64,000 nucleotides of DNA from Escherichia coli (GTDB taxonomy: Bacteria; Pseudomonadota; Gammaproteobacteria; Enterobacterales; Enterobacteriaceae), in assembly GCF_002854065.1 (NCBI RefSeq), contig NZ_CP024147.1; one strand, given 5' to 3'. The translations under genes and the position numbers were made by a program. Under the pieces are notes generated by a model, which was not told where the DNA came from, ran no database searches, and worked only from the letters and a program-made list of their open reading frames with translations. This document shows positions 24,719 through 33,942 of the stretch, in pieces (the stretch's first letter is position 1; each line of letters begins with the position of its first letter).

Positions 24719-26878
24719 TCACCAACACACAAGCATGTATTCATACACCAGATCACGCTCAGGCTGGAGGTGAACAAACTTGAATTGATAACCCATATTG
24801 AGATTTTCAACAAATTTCTTACATTCAAAAATTTGCTCTGGCTGCAACCACAAGTGATAAACAGAAATCAGCAACACGGGCTTGTGTTTTTTGATTGTCT
24901 CGATTGCACCATTAAGGGCATTAATCTCATAGCCTTCAATATCGAATTTAATCAAACCAACACGATCTTCAAACGTCAGACTATCAATAGTGACCGATTG
25001 AACTTTAATGTCAGACTGCTCGTCTTCAACAACACATGAGCCTACTCCATCATCCCCAACTTTCATCATCGAAAGTTCGCCAGATACATTGCTGACAGCA
25101 ACATTTAAGGGTTTAATAGTATCATTTAAATATTGATGATTACGCTCAAGATTCCGAACCATACAGTTATAATTATCAGCTACAGGTTCTAAGGCAAGTA
25201 CTTCTTTAAATCCAAAGCTAGCGAACATGATAGCTGTATCACCAACCCAAGCCCCACAATCTATAGCAACAGAGCCTTTGAATTCTTCAGTGAATCGGCC
25301 TGGAAGATACTTCAAGCCAGCTTTGAAATAGTTGGTTGCTAGAGTAACCGGTAATTCAGATAGATCAAGATGCTGAATTAATTCTTTTTCGTGACGTAAG
25401 ATTGAATCAATATTTGACAATATAACTCTATCTTCATCCGTAAATAATGTTAAAGATAAAGGTAATTCCAACTCAATGCCTTGATGTTCAAAGTATGGCA
25501 GTAATTCATAAAAACCAAATAATTTCCTCTCATTTTGAAGGCTAAATTCATCAAGGCCGCGTTTGAATTCTTCACGTAGTTTAGAGATCCGAGAGGAATT
25601 TACCTTCATGTAATAATAAAACTGGTTAGTAGGCGCTACTTTTATTAGTACAGAACCATTTTTATTCTGTCCTGAAATGACATCGACTTTATCAGTAAGT
25701 TCTTTCGACATCTTCAAAAATGAAGAATCTAACTCCTCCCGAAAATGTTTGGAAAGTAAAGATGAGGAGGAATCCATTTTTGATGAAACAGCATTAATAA
25801 TTGGTTCAATTATTAATTTGTTAGTAATAAAACGTAGTTTGGAAACGACTTTCTTTTTAATCCTGTTTCTTGTCTGAACTGTTTTTATAATCCTGTTACT
25901 CATCAACTCATTATAAATTGGAAGAACATGATTATAATAATAGTCATTTGTATCGGAGGAAAATGAAACATTAGAAGTTACTGGCTGGAAACCTTCTTCT
26001 TTAGCCTGTTCAAAAACAGCAATAGCAGCTTCCTGATATGACTTCAATCCATCGCCTCTCAAACGAGAAGAATGGAAAACTAAATCAAAAAGATGGTGAA
26101 AATAAAAATGATTCAGGTATTTTTGAAACGTTCCAACACTAAGAAGGTGTTTTTTTATAATATCATAATTATTAAAAGATATTAATGCCTTGTCAGCACT
26201 AGCACTGGATGAGCCCACGTTCATGACCCTGTAGTTATAAACAGGCACATTCAAAAGAGTTATCTTTTCTACAGAGGCATAGGTGATGAATTTAAAGGGC
26301 ATATCCTGATATGAAGCCCCAGGACTTTCATAGAAGCGAATATGATTTTCTTCAAGAAAATCTCTTCTATACAAGCCAGTCCAGATTGATGATTCAAGCA
26401 AGAAAAGCTCAACTGAATTTTCTGGTACAATTTCTGCCAAGTTATCATTATCAAATGTACATAAATGCGCAAGGGACTGAGTATTGATTACAACTTCATT
26501 ACTTATTCTATTGAAACTTGCTTTAATGACCGGATTCGGGATTTTATTATAAGCGTCTATTAGACGCTCAAACATATCAAGCTGAACCCAATCGTCTGTT
26601 TCGATGATAGAAATAAAATCGCCGCTTGCAACATCTAGCCCAGAGTTGATTGCAGCTCCGTAACCTGCGTTTTTTTTATGGATAGCAATAATTCTTGTAT
26701 CGCTCGAAGCGTATCGATCAATAATCTGAGGGCAAGCATCAGGGCTACCGTCATTGACTATTATTATTTCCAGATTCTTATATGTTTGAGACAGAACACT
26801 GTCGAGACATTGCTCTAAATAAACTTCGCCGCCGTATACAGGTAAAATAACGGAAATTTTAAAGATATCATCACCCAT
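24719..26878 (-). CDS. Multidomain protein: N-terminal GT2 glycosyltransferase, central linker, C-terminal FkbM-family methyltransferase
   Basis: N-terminus ISVILPVYGGEVYLEQCLDSVLSQTY...ETDDW (GT2, DxD); C-terminus AIDCGAWVGDTAIMFASFG...FDIEGYE (FkbM-like SAM methyltransferase); ~180-aa region between them of unknown fold. Confidence 0.7.
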   Translation of the reverse strand: MGDDIFKISVILPVYGGEVYLEQCLDSVLSQTYKNLEIIIVNDGSPDACPQIIDRYASSDTRIIAIHKKNAGYGAAINSGLDVASGDFISIIETDDWVQLDMFERLIDAYNKIPNPVIKASFNRISNEVVINTQSLAHLCTFDNDNLAEIVPENSVELFLLESSIWTGLYRRDFLEENHIRFYESPGASYQDMPFKFITYASVEKITLLNVPVYNYRVMNVGSSSASADKALISFNNYDIIKKHLLSVGTFQKYLNHFYFHHLFDLVFHSSRLRGDGLKSYQEAAIAVFEQAKEEGFQPVTSNVSFSSDTNDYYYNHVLPIYNELMSNRIIKTVQTRNRIKKKVVSKLRFITNKLIIEPIINAVSSKMDSSSSLLSKHFREELDSSFLKMSKELTDKVDVISGQNKNGSVLIKVAPTNQFYYYMKVNSSRISKLREEFKRGLDEFSLQNERKLFGFYELLPYFEHQGIELELPLSLTLFTDEDRVILSNIDSILRHEKELIQHLDLSELPVTLATNYFKAGLKYLPGRFTEEFKGSVAIDCGAWVGDTAIMFASFGFKEVLALEPVADNYNCMVRNLERNHQYLNDTIKPLNVAVSNVSGELSMMKVGDDGVGSCVVEDEQSDIKVQSVTIDSLTFEDRVGLIKFDIEGYEINALNGAIETIKKHKPVLLISVYHLWLQPEQIFECKKFVENLNMGYQFKFVHLQPERDLVYEYMLVCW

Positions 26879-28199
26879 TGTCTTTCAAAACCTTTCGCAA
26901 AGTGGATTGGAAATTATAGCGCTGATTAAAGTTGGCAAAGACATTTCGACTATGAGTAGCCATGTTAATGAGCTCATCTTTTTTAAGCGATGTAATGAAC
27001 TCAGCACACTTTTGCGCAGATTCGATCTGATGGTACGCTTCTGTCGACTCAATCCCTTCCATAGCAGCTTTAGTTGAAACTAATGGAACACCATAAGAAA
27101 GCGCCTCCAGACATTTAACTTTCAACCCTGAAAGTAATTCATCTGGATTGATAATTACATCGCAGGAATGGTAGAACTTATCAAGGCTCTCACAAAAACC
27201 GAGGATATTAACAAAACCAGGGTACTGTCTACCTTCAAGAGCTCCGCAAATTGTTCCTGAAATATCGAGTCTTACATTATGATCAAGTTTACTTAAGCTA
27301 TCGATAAAATTGTTGATCGCAACGACATTTGGATAGTGCCCAGAGGCCATAAAGCCAACAACGATCTTTTTATTGGATGTTGGGACATAATCAATAAAGT
27401 TTACGTCCAGAATAGGTGGCTGAACAATGACTTGGGAACTAACATTCTCCCTGAAGTAACGGCCTTCTGCTTCTTGAATAGCAAATATATAATTAGCTCT
27501 TGATAACCCAATGGTTTCTTCTTTCTTCGATGTAGAGAAATAGAATTTATCTTGTGAAATACCAATTTTTGCCATTCGAGTGTTCCTCTTAGCAAAAACA
27601 TCGTGAGTATCGATCACTGAGACTGTATTAGGTTTAAGGTATAAACACAATTTTGACAGGAAGACATAATTAACAATTGCAATCTGATAATTATTCATCG
27701 CAGAAAGTGCAGCAACAAATTGACATATTTCATCATCAAGCCAATCGTCAATTTTATTTCCATCAGGAATTATTTGCTGATTGACATCGTGTCTTAGAGT
27801 GCCGAACTTTCCGTTCCGACATTTTATATTATAAGTATAATCCCAATCAACACTATTTGAATCCCAAGGTGAATTATTGAAAACAATAGCGTGAATTGTG
27901 AATCCTAGGGATTTTAATGTCGCAATTTTTGTATCAATATTTTTCCCGACGGCATCATTTCCATAAAAAGGCATAATGACTAGCGCATTTTTATCTGAAC
28001 TTGACTTTAAAATTTTTGGAAAAACAGTAAATTCATTTGCATTTTGTTCAGCATTAACGTTCAACGCTTTAATTAATAACCGCCTTGGGTAATGAGCGTT
28101 AACCATGAGGGCAAATAATTTCCAAAGCTTACGTGCGAGCCTGGTATACCTGAATTTAACAAAAGCTTTCTTCAAAAATCTGGTGATTGTGTTTTTCAT
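26871..28199 (-). CDS. Glycosyltransferase, family 1, with N-terminal domain of unknown function
   Basis: 442 aa; C-terminal GT1 motif (KCLEALSYGVPLVSTK); N-terminal ~200 aa unassigned. Confidence 0.7.
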   Translation of the reverse strand: MKNTITRFLKKAFVKFRYTRLARKLWKLFALMVNAHYPRRLLIKALNVNAEQNANEFTVFPKILKSSSDKNALVIMPFYGNDAVGKNIDTKIATLKSLGFTIHAIVFNNSPWDSNSVDWDYTYNIKCRNGKFGTLRHDVNQQIIPDGNKIDDWLDDEICQFVAALSAMNNYQIAIVNYVFLSKLCLYLKPNTVSVIDTHDVFAKRNTRMAKIGISQDKFYFSTSKKEETIGLSRANYIFAIQEAEGRYFRENVSSQVIVQPPILDVNFIDYVPTSNKKIVVGFMASGHYPNVVAINNFIDSLSKLDHNVRLDISGTICGALEGRQYPGFVNILGFCESLDKFYHSCDVIINPDELLSGLKVKCLEALSYGVPLVSTKAAMEGIESTEAYHQIESAQKCAEFITSLKKDELINMATHSRNVFANFNQRYNFQSTLRKVLKDNG

Positions 28200-28726
28200 A
28201 ATGGAATAGATAACAGATCAGAATAAACTGGATATGTGGCATAACCTACAGCAGGAATCTGATGGCCCGTCTCAACTAAAAAAACTCGGCCCAACCCAAA
28301 CTTTAATCCGGCTTCTACATCACCCAGTTTATCACCAACAATAAAAGATTGTTTTAAGTCAATGGAATAATCACGAGCTGCAGACTCGAACATACCCGTA
28401 TTAGGTTTGCGGCACGAACAATCACATCGATATTCAGGGACAATTCCATCTGGATGATGAGGGCAATAATAGATATCTAATATATCGATACCCTGTGATT
28501 TCAAGATACCCCTATACCACTTTGTCAATTTATCATAATCAGATAAGGTGTAATATCCTTTGGCAATTCCGGCCTGATTTGTCACAATGATTATTTTATA
28601 ACCATGAGCAATAAATCTTTTCATGCCACTGATACAGTTTTTGGTAAATTCAAAATCTTCAATTTTATATAGATAATTGACTTCCTTATTAATTACACCA
28701 TCGCGATCAAGAAATGCCACTTTCAT
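28196..28726 (-). CDS. gmhB: D-glycero-D-manno-heptose 1,7-bisphosphate phosphatase (HAD family)
   Basis: 176 aa, FLDRDGVIN HAD motif I; within heptose gene block. Confidence 0.8.
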   Translation of the reverse strand: MKVAFLDRDGVINKEVNYLYKIEDFEFTKNCISGMKRFIAHGYKIIIVTNQAGIAKGYYTLSDYDKLTKWYRGILKSQGIDILDIYYCPHHPDGIVPEYRCDCSCRKPNTGMFESAARDYSIDLKQSFIVGDKLGDVEAGLKFGLGRVFLVETGHQIPAVGYATYPVYSDLLSIPL

Positions 28727-29400
28727 TTAAATCTCTCACATGCAATGAAATAATCTTCAGGAATTCCTATATCGATAAAATATGAGGAATTAACGTAGGC
28801 CTTAAACTCTCCTTTGAATTTAGGCAAAAAATCAGATTCAAAAGAAAATTTATTCCCAGCAAACTTGCTCATAATTTCCTTTGAGACAATATAAATTCCA
28901 CTGTTAATAATTCCAGGGCCAGTTCTTCCCTTTTCTACCATAGCATTAACATTAGATTTCTCATCTAAATCTAAACTACCATAACGAGCGACATCATTAA
29001 CTTCGACACCAGATATTAGAAGATCTGTTCCCTTCGAAGCTTCTATGAAGTCACTATAATTAAGCTCGCAGTACGTATCACCATTAAGAACAATGAATTT
29101 ATCCGTTCTGACTTTAGAACTGGCATATTTAATTGCGCCACCAGTTCCTAGAGGTTCTTTTTCGACAACAAAGTCAACCTCACAACCAACAGGGTTGTCA
29201 TGGACAACCCTGTCGATGATATAGTCAGCTTTGTAGGATAATGATAGTATAATTCTGGTAGCTCCTTGTTTTTCAAGATACGTCATTAGACGATAAAGAA
29301 ATGGTTGCCCTGAAATATCTACCATTGGCTTAGGAAGCTCGCCACTAACACTCTTCAGACGAGTACCTAGCCCTCCTGCCAAAATAACTACATCATACAT
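28723..29400 (-). CDS. hddC: D-glycero-alpha-D-manno-heptose 1-phosphate guanylyltransferase
   Basis: 225 aa nucleotidyltransferase (VILAGGLGTRL); context with hddA/gmhA/gmhB. Confidence 0.7.
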   Translation of the reverse strand: MYDVVILAGGLGTRLKSVSGELPKPMVDISGQPFLYRLMTYLEKQGATRIILSLSYKADYIIDRVVHDNPVGCEVDFVVEKEPLGTGGAIKYASSKVRTDKFIVLNGDTYCELNYSDFIEASKGTDLLISGVEVNDVARYGSLDLDEKSNVNAMVEKGRTGPGIINSGIYIVSKEIMSKFAGNKFSFESDFLPKFKGEFKAYVNSSYFIDIGIPEDYFIACERFK

Positions 29401-29402
29401 AA

Positions 29403-29993
29403 TTATTTATCTTCTGGTTTGAAAATGGCACGTTCAACAATTGCGCAGATCATATGACCAATGCAAATATGGCATTCTTGAATGTATGGTGTAATTTTAG
29501 AAGGTACATTAATTGAATAGTCTACCAAATCTTTAAGCTTACCTGCTTCACCACATAGCGCCACGCTTGTCACACCCAGTTCTTTTGCCAGTTCCATCGC
29601 GTTAATGATATTAACGGAGTTACCTGAAGTACTGATGCCAATGAAAACATCACCTGGCTTGCTTTGAGCTTGCAGTTGTCTTGCAAATAGTTTATCAAAT
29701 CCGTAGTCATTGCCGATAGCCGTTAGCATCGAGGTATCAGTGGTGATAGCAATGGCTGGTAATCCTGGTCTATCGAAAAAGAAGCGACTGACGAACTCAG
29801 CCGCGATATGCTGAGAATCAGCAGCACTACCACCATTCCCGGCAAGAATTACTTTATTCCCGTTTTTATATGCATTGATAATCAAATCTGCAACTAAAGA
29901 GATTTGGCTCAATACACTGTCAGATTCCTGAAGCAATTTTTTTACTGCAATGCTGTCATCAAGATATGCTTTAATATAATTTACATTGTCCAT
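29403..29993 (-). CDS. gmhA: Sedoheptulose 7-phosphate isomerase (SIS domain)
   Basis: 196 aa; GNGGSAADSQH motif. Confidence 0.8.
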   Translation of the reverse strand: MDNVNYIKAYLDDSIAVKKLLQESDSVLSQISLVADLIINAYKNGNKVILAGNGGSAADSQHIAAEFVSRFFFDRPGLPAIAITTDTSMLTAIGNDYGFDKLFARQLQAQSKPGDVFIGISTSGNSVNIINAMELAKELGVTSVALCGEAGKLKDLVDYSINVPSKITPYIQECHICIGHMICAIVERAIFKPEDK

Positions 29994-31009
29994 GAATATG
30001 CTCCATCCTCGACAAATTGGAATTTATAGACTTCGCCACCAAACTCTTGTAGTTTACGTTCGATCAACTGTTTTCGCTCCGGTTCAACGAATAGCATCAT
30101 AAAACCACCGCCACCGGCACCTGAAACTTTCATTGACTTAACACCGATACTAAACACTTCCTTCTCGATTTTCTCAATCATCGGATTACTGATTGACGAT
30201 GAGGTGTTTTTCTTACTTTCCCATGCATCCAGGAATGTCGCGGCCATAGCATCGATATCAGATTTGAGTAAGTGTTCTTTAATCTGATATGCTGATTCTT
30301 TAACTTTATGCATAGCCATCAGTTTAGACTCTTTGTCACTCTCTAAAGATCTAATCTGGTCATCAATAATTTTCGCAGAGTCTCTCGAAGCCCCTGTAAA
30401 ATAAAGAATCAGGGATGACTCTAACTCATTTATTATATATCTACGAATTCTAAGTGGGTTAACAATAACGCGATTACCTTCATAAAACTCCATGAAATTA
30501 AAACCACCAAATGTTGCAGCATACTGATCTTGTTTACCACCTGATAAACCACAGTCTACTCGCTCAATCTTGAATGCTAACTGGGCCAGATCATATTCTC
30601 CAAGAGGCAGAGAATACATTTGCCGTAGTCCTTCAAGCATTGAAACAACAACCGTCGATGATGACCCCAAACCGCTACCTGCAGGAGCGTCAGAATGAGT
30701 AATGATACGAACCGGTTTTAATTCGCCGTCAAAATAATCATTCATGACTCGAAGGTAAACTGCTCGATGCAGTTTTAGCTTCCCTTCAATCGTTACACCA
30801 TTGGTAAGATCAATCTCTTCTCTGATATTAAGGTCGGTTGCCTCAAAAATAACTTTACTACCTTCAAGCTCATCATCAATGTAAGCATACGCATACATAT
30901 TGATGGTCGCATTCAGTACACACCCACCGAATGTATCGCTATAAGGTGAAACATCTGTCCCACCTCCTGCAATGCCTAAACGTAGAGGCGCTTTGCTTCT
31001 AACTTTCAT
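29981..31009 (-). CDS. hddA: D-glycero-alpha-D-manno-heptose 7-phosphate kinase (GHMP kinase)
   Basis: 342 aa GHMP kinase (PAGSGLGSSS); context. Confidence 0.7.
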   Translation of the reverse strand: MKVRSKAPLRLGIAGGGTDVSPYSDTFGGCVLNATINMYAYAYIDDELEGSKVIFEATDLNIREEIDLTNGVTIEGKLKLHRAVYLRVMNDYFDGELKPVRIITHSDAPAGSGLGSSSTVVVSMLEGLRQMYSLPLGEYDLAQLAFKIERVDCGLSGGKQDQYAATFGGFNFMEFYEGNRVIVNPLRIRRYIINELESSLILYFTGASRDSAKIIDDQIRSLESDKESKLMAMHKVKESAYQIKEHLLKSDIDAMAATFLDAWESKKNTSSSISNPMIEKIEKEVFSIGVKSMKVSGAGGGGFMMLFVEPERKQLIERKLQEFGGEVYKFQFVEDGAYSWTM

Positions 31010-31025
31010 AACAAAAGAATCCCTA

Positions 31026-32054
31026 TTAACGATTCAGAGGAATGCGGCCAGATGCGATTTCTTTTCTCCAGTGCTGGAGTAAATCACGAAACATATCTGT
31101 CGCTTTTATTTCTGGTTTCCAGTCAATGAAATTCCTGATTTTAGTATTATCAAACATTTGGTAATCGGCATCAATTGGACGCAGGCGATCTGTATCTGTA
31201 ACAACTTCAATATCGTCACGAGTGCTAAAGCTCAGTAAAAGGTCTATAACCTCAGGAAGTTTGAATGCTTCTTCACCTGCAATATTAAATGCTTCGCCGA
31301 AAGGAACATTCCCTTTTTCGCTCTCCAGAGCTAATAAATAGTATGCACGCACAGCGTCTCTAGCATCTTGGAAAGTACGTACGCTTGCTAAATTGCCAAC
31401 TTTTAATTTTGGTTCCTGATGTCCAGCTTCGATCAAGGCAATCTGCTTGGCAACAGTACTTTCGAAAAATACATCACTACGGCGTGGGCCTGTATGTGTG
31501 CCCATGCGAGTGATAAATGTACGCAACCCATATGCCTCGCCATAAAAACGCCCTAAATAATCGGTACCAATTTTACTAATGCTGTAAGGGCTAGCGCCAT
31601 GGAACTGCGTATCTTCGTTTAAAGCTTCACCTACTTTTGCTCTACCATAAACTTCACTAGAAGAACAAACATGAACAACAGGATCATAACCATCTTGTTG
31701 TTTTAGTTTTTTAATGCATTCCAACAGATTGGCAGTACCAATAATATTGGTCTGCAAGGTCTCGATCGGAATATCGAATGAGGTGCGGGGAAATGACTGC
31801 GCAGCAAGGTGGAAAATGAATTTTGGACGCTTCGCTTCAATTAAGTTATACATGGAAGTATAGTCATTAAGGTCTGCGTATTGGATGAATACTCTATCCT
31901 TTTTATTAATCCGGTCTGTTAAATGATAGATATTATCCATTGGCTCTTGCCAACGCATCATTCCAATTACTGTGTCGGTTGTATTCTCTAAAATATAATC
32001 TGCTAATTGAGAACCAACTTGTCCAGTGAATCCTGTAATTAATACATTATTCAT
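31026..32054 (-). CDS. dmhA: GDP-sugar 4,6-dehydratase (Gmd family); predicted GDP-D-glycero-D-manno-heptose 4,6-dehydratase
   Basis: 342 aa SDR-extended dehydratase adjacent to GDP-heptose genes; not in the colanic acid gmd/fcl block. Confidence 0.6.
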   Translation of the reverse strand: MNNVLITGFTGQVGSQLADYILENTTDTVIGMMRWQEPMDNIYHLTDRINKKDRVFIQYADLNDYTSMYNLIEAKRPKFIFHLAAQSFPRTSFDIPIETLQTNIIGTANLLECIKKLKQQDGYDPVVHVCSSSEVYGRAKVGEALNEDTQFHGASPYSISKIGTDYLGRFYGEAYGLRTFITRMGTHTGPRRSDVFFESTVAKQIALIEAGHQEPKLKVGNLASVRTFQDARDAVRAYYLLALESEKGNVPFGEAFNIAGEEAFKLPEVIDLLLSFSTRDDIEVVTDTDRLRPIDADYQMFDNTKIRNFIDWKPEIKATDMFRDLLQHWRKEIASGRIPLNR

Positions 32055-32060
32055 ATATGC

Positions 32061-32894
32061 TTACCCCTTAATAACGTTTAAATATGATTCACATGATCTA
32101 TCAAGAATAGATTCGAGAAAACGACTTTTGGTATTAATTTTTTTTGGCCTACCCAGCCAAAATGATTCTGGCGCATCTGTAAATTGATACTGCAGTTCTG
32201 GAAATTTTTCCTGCGCTAGCGCCAAAACAATCTGTTGTCGACTGACAAGATCCGGGCCGGAGAAATTAACGATGCGAGTATCAATTTGGCTCCAATTCAA
32301 TATAATATTTTTGATGCCTAACAATACATCATTAATTGAAACAACACTGCGCTCAAAACCATCAAATACATCTAATAATTTACTATTCAAACTGTGCTCT
32401 TTTACCATTTCAGAGAATTTATCACCTTTCCCTAAAATGTACGAAAATCGTATTACGAAGAACCCAGGGTTATTTGAAAAATGTTCTTCAACTTCACATT
32501 TCATTTGACCATATTTGCCAAATGGTTTTCGTTCTGACATTTCAGTGCACACATCAGATGTACCACCAAATACAACATCACTTGATGAGAAAATCACTCG
32601 CGCATTTTTTTTAAGTAATTCAGATATCAAAGTAATTGTATTTTTCACATTAATCTTATGCGCAACGTCATAGTTTTTCTCACATTGATCAGGCGCAGAG
32701 ACTGCTGAAAGAAAAATGATGGTGTCATCATTGTTTACTTGATCCAGTAAATCATTAAATTCACCAGTTTCCAGATCAAAATGAATATCTGAATTTTTTC
32801 TTCCAACTGTTACCAGCGAAAAAGCATCACTAAGAAATGATTTAAGATGATTACCAACGTAACCAGTAGACCCTAGAATGAATACTTTTCTCAT
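32061..32894 (-). CDS. dmhB: NAD(P)-dependent sugar-nucleotide reductase (RmlD-like); predicted GDP-4-keto-6-deoxyheptose reductase
   Basis: 277 aa SDR with GSTGYVG Rossmann motif; adjacent to dmhA. Confidence 0.55.
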   Translation of the reverse strand: MRKVFILGSTGYVGNHLKSFLSDAFSLVTVGRKNSDIHFDLETGEFNDLLDQVNNDDTIIFLSAVSAPDQCEKNYDVAHKINVKNTITLISELLKKNARVIFSSSDVVFGGTSDVCTEMSERKPFGKYGQMKCEVEEHFSNNPGFFVIRFSYILGKGDKFSEMVKEHSLNSKLLDVFDGFERSVVSINDVLLGIKNIILNWSQIDTRIVNFSGPDLVSRQQIVLALAQEKFPELQYQFTDAPESFWLGRPKKINTKSRFLESILDRSCESYLNVIKG

Positions 32895-32967
32895 ACTCAG
32901 TTACCAAATTATACGAAGTGAAGATGTATGCACATAAAATGCTATGAAGACAATTTTATCTGCCATT

Positions 32968-33942
32968 TTAATAACCGACGGATAGCTCAAATACACCGTC
33001 ATGATCTTTGGTATCTTTAAATTTAATTTTATAAATTTTATTATGATTAAGGCGAAGCCAGAAACTGTTGTCTTTAATGGATACTCTTTCCCAATCACTT
33101 GTTGTGGTTTTAAAACTGACGGAGACCACATCAACATCAATATTAAAATTAACATCTGAATATTCAGCTGTTGGATTTATATCTCCAACCTTAAAAGCTA
33201 CTGTTTCAGTATTTTTGTATTCCAGGAGCTTAAGCCCATAACTTGTCAGTTTCATAATCAAATTATATTTATTGTATACACTGTCACTTGGACCTTCATC
33301 CAGAACAACACCGTTTTCAATGCAAACAAGTCGATCGGAAAGGAGCTTCAACTGGTGTTCGTCATGCGAAACGATGACGACTGTTGTGTCTGACTTTATT
33401 TTTTCACGAATGCTTTTTTGTGCTTTCTCTGCAAAAGTCACGTCACCGACACCCAGTACTTCATCAATTAACAGAACTTCAGGGGTAGTATACATGGCAA
33501 TTGAGAAACCCAAACGTGCTAGCATACCTGATGAATAATTTTTAATTGGTTTTTCGAAGAACTCATTAAGCTCTGAATATACTTTGATGTCTTCAATAAT
33601 TGATTTGATATAAGACAATCTATGACCGAGGACCATTCCACTAAAGATAGTATTCTGACGACCTGATAAGTTGGGATCAAATCCTGCCTGAAGGGCCATT
33701 AGAGAAATACTGTTTGAATGAATAGTTATTTGCCCAGAATCAGGCTTAATAATACCCGCCAGAACTCGTAGTAATGTAGATTTCCCTGCTCCATTACGCC
33801 CAATTATTCCAAGAGTTTCGCCACGATAAACATCGAATGTAATGTTTGTCAAAGCTTCATATTCATCGTAAGTAAAGAGTGTTTTCTTTTCTCTATAAAC
33901 TAAACCTACGTTTTTTAGCTCAATAATCTTTTCATTCTTCAT
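32968..33942 (-). CDS. wzt: O-antigen ABC transporter ATP-binding protein with C-terminal extension
   Basis: Walker A GRNGAGKST, ABC signature SSGM, Walker B LLIDE; ~85 aa beyond the NBD. Confidence 0.85.
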   Translation of the reverse strand: MKNEKIIELKNVGLVYREKKTLFTYDEYEALTNITFDVYRGETLGIIGRNGAGKSTLLRVLAGIIKPDSGQITIHSNSISLMALQAGFDPNLSGRQNTIFSGMVLGHRLSYIKSIIEDIKVYSELNEFFEKPIKNYSSGMLARLGFSIAMYTTPEVLLIDEVLGVGDVTFAEKAQKSIREKIKSDTTVVIVSHDEHQLKLLSDRLVCIENGVVLDEGPSDSVYNKYNLIMKLTSYGLKLLEYKNTETVAFKVGDINPTAEYSDVNFNIDVDVVSVSFKTTTSDWERVSIKDNSFWLRLNHNKIYKIKFKDTKDHDGVFELSVGY

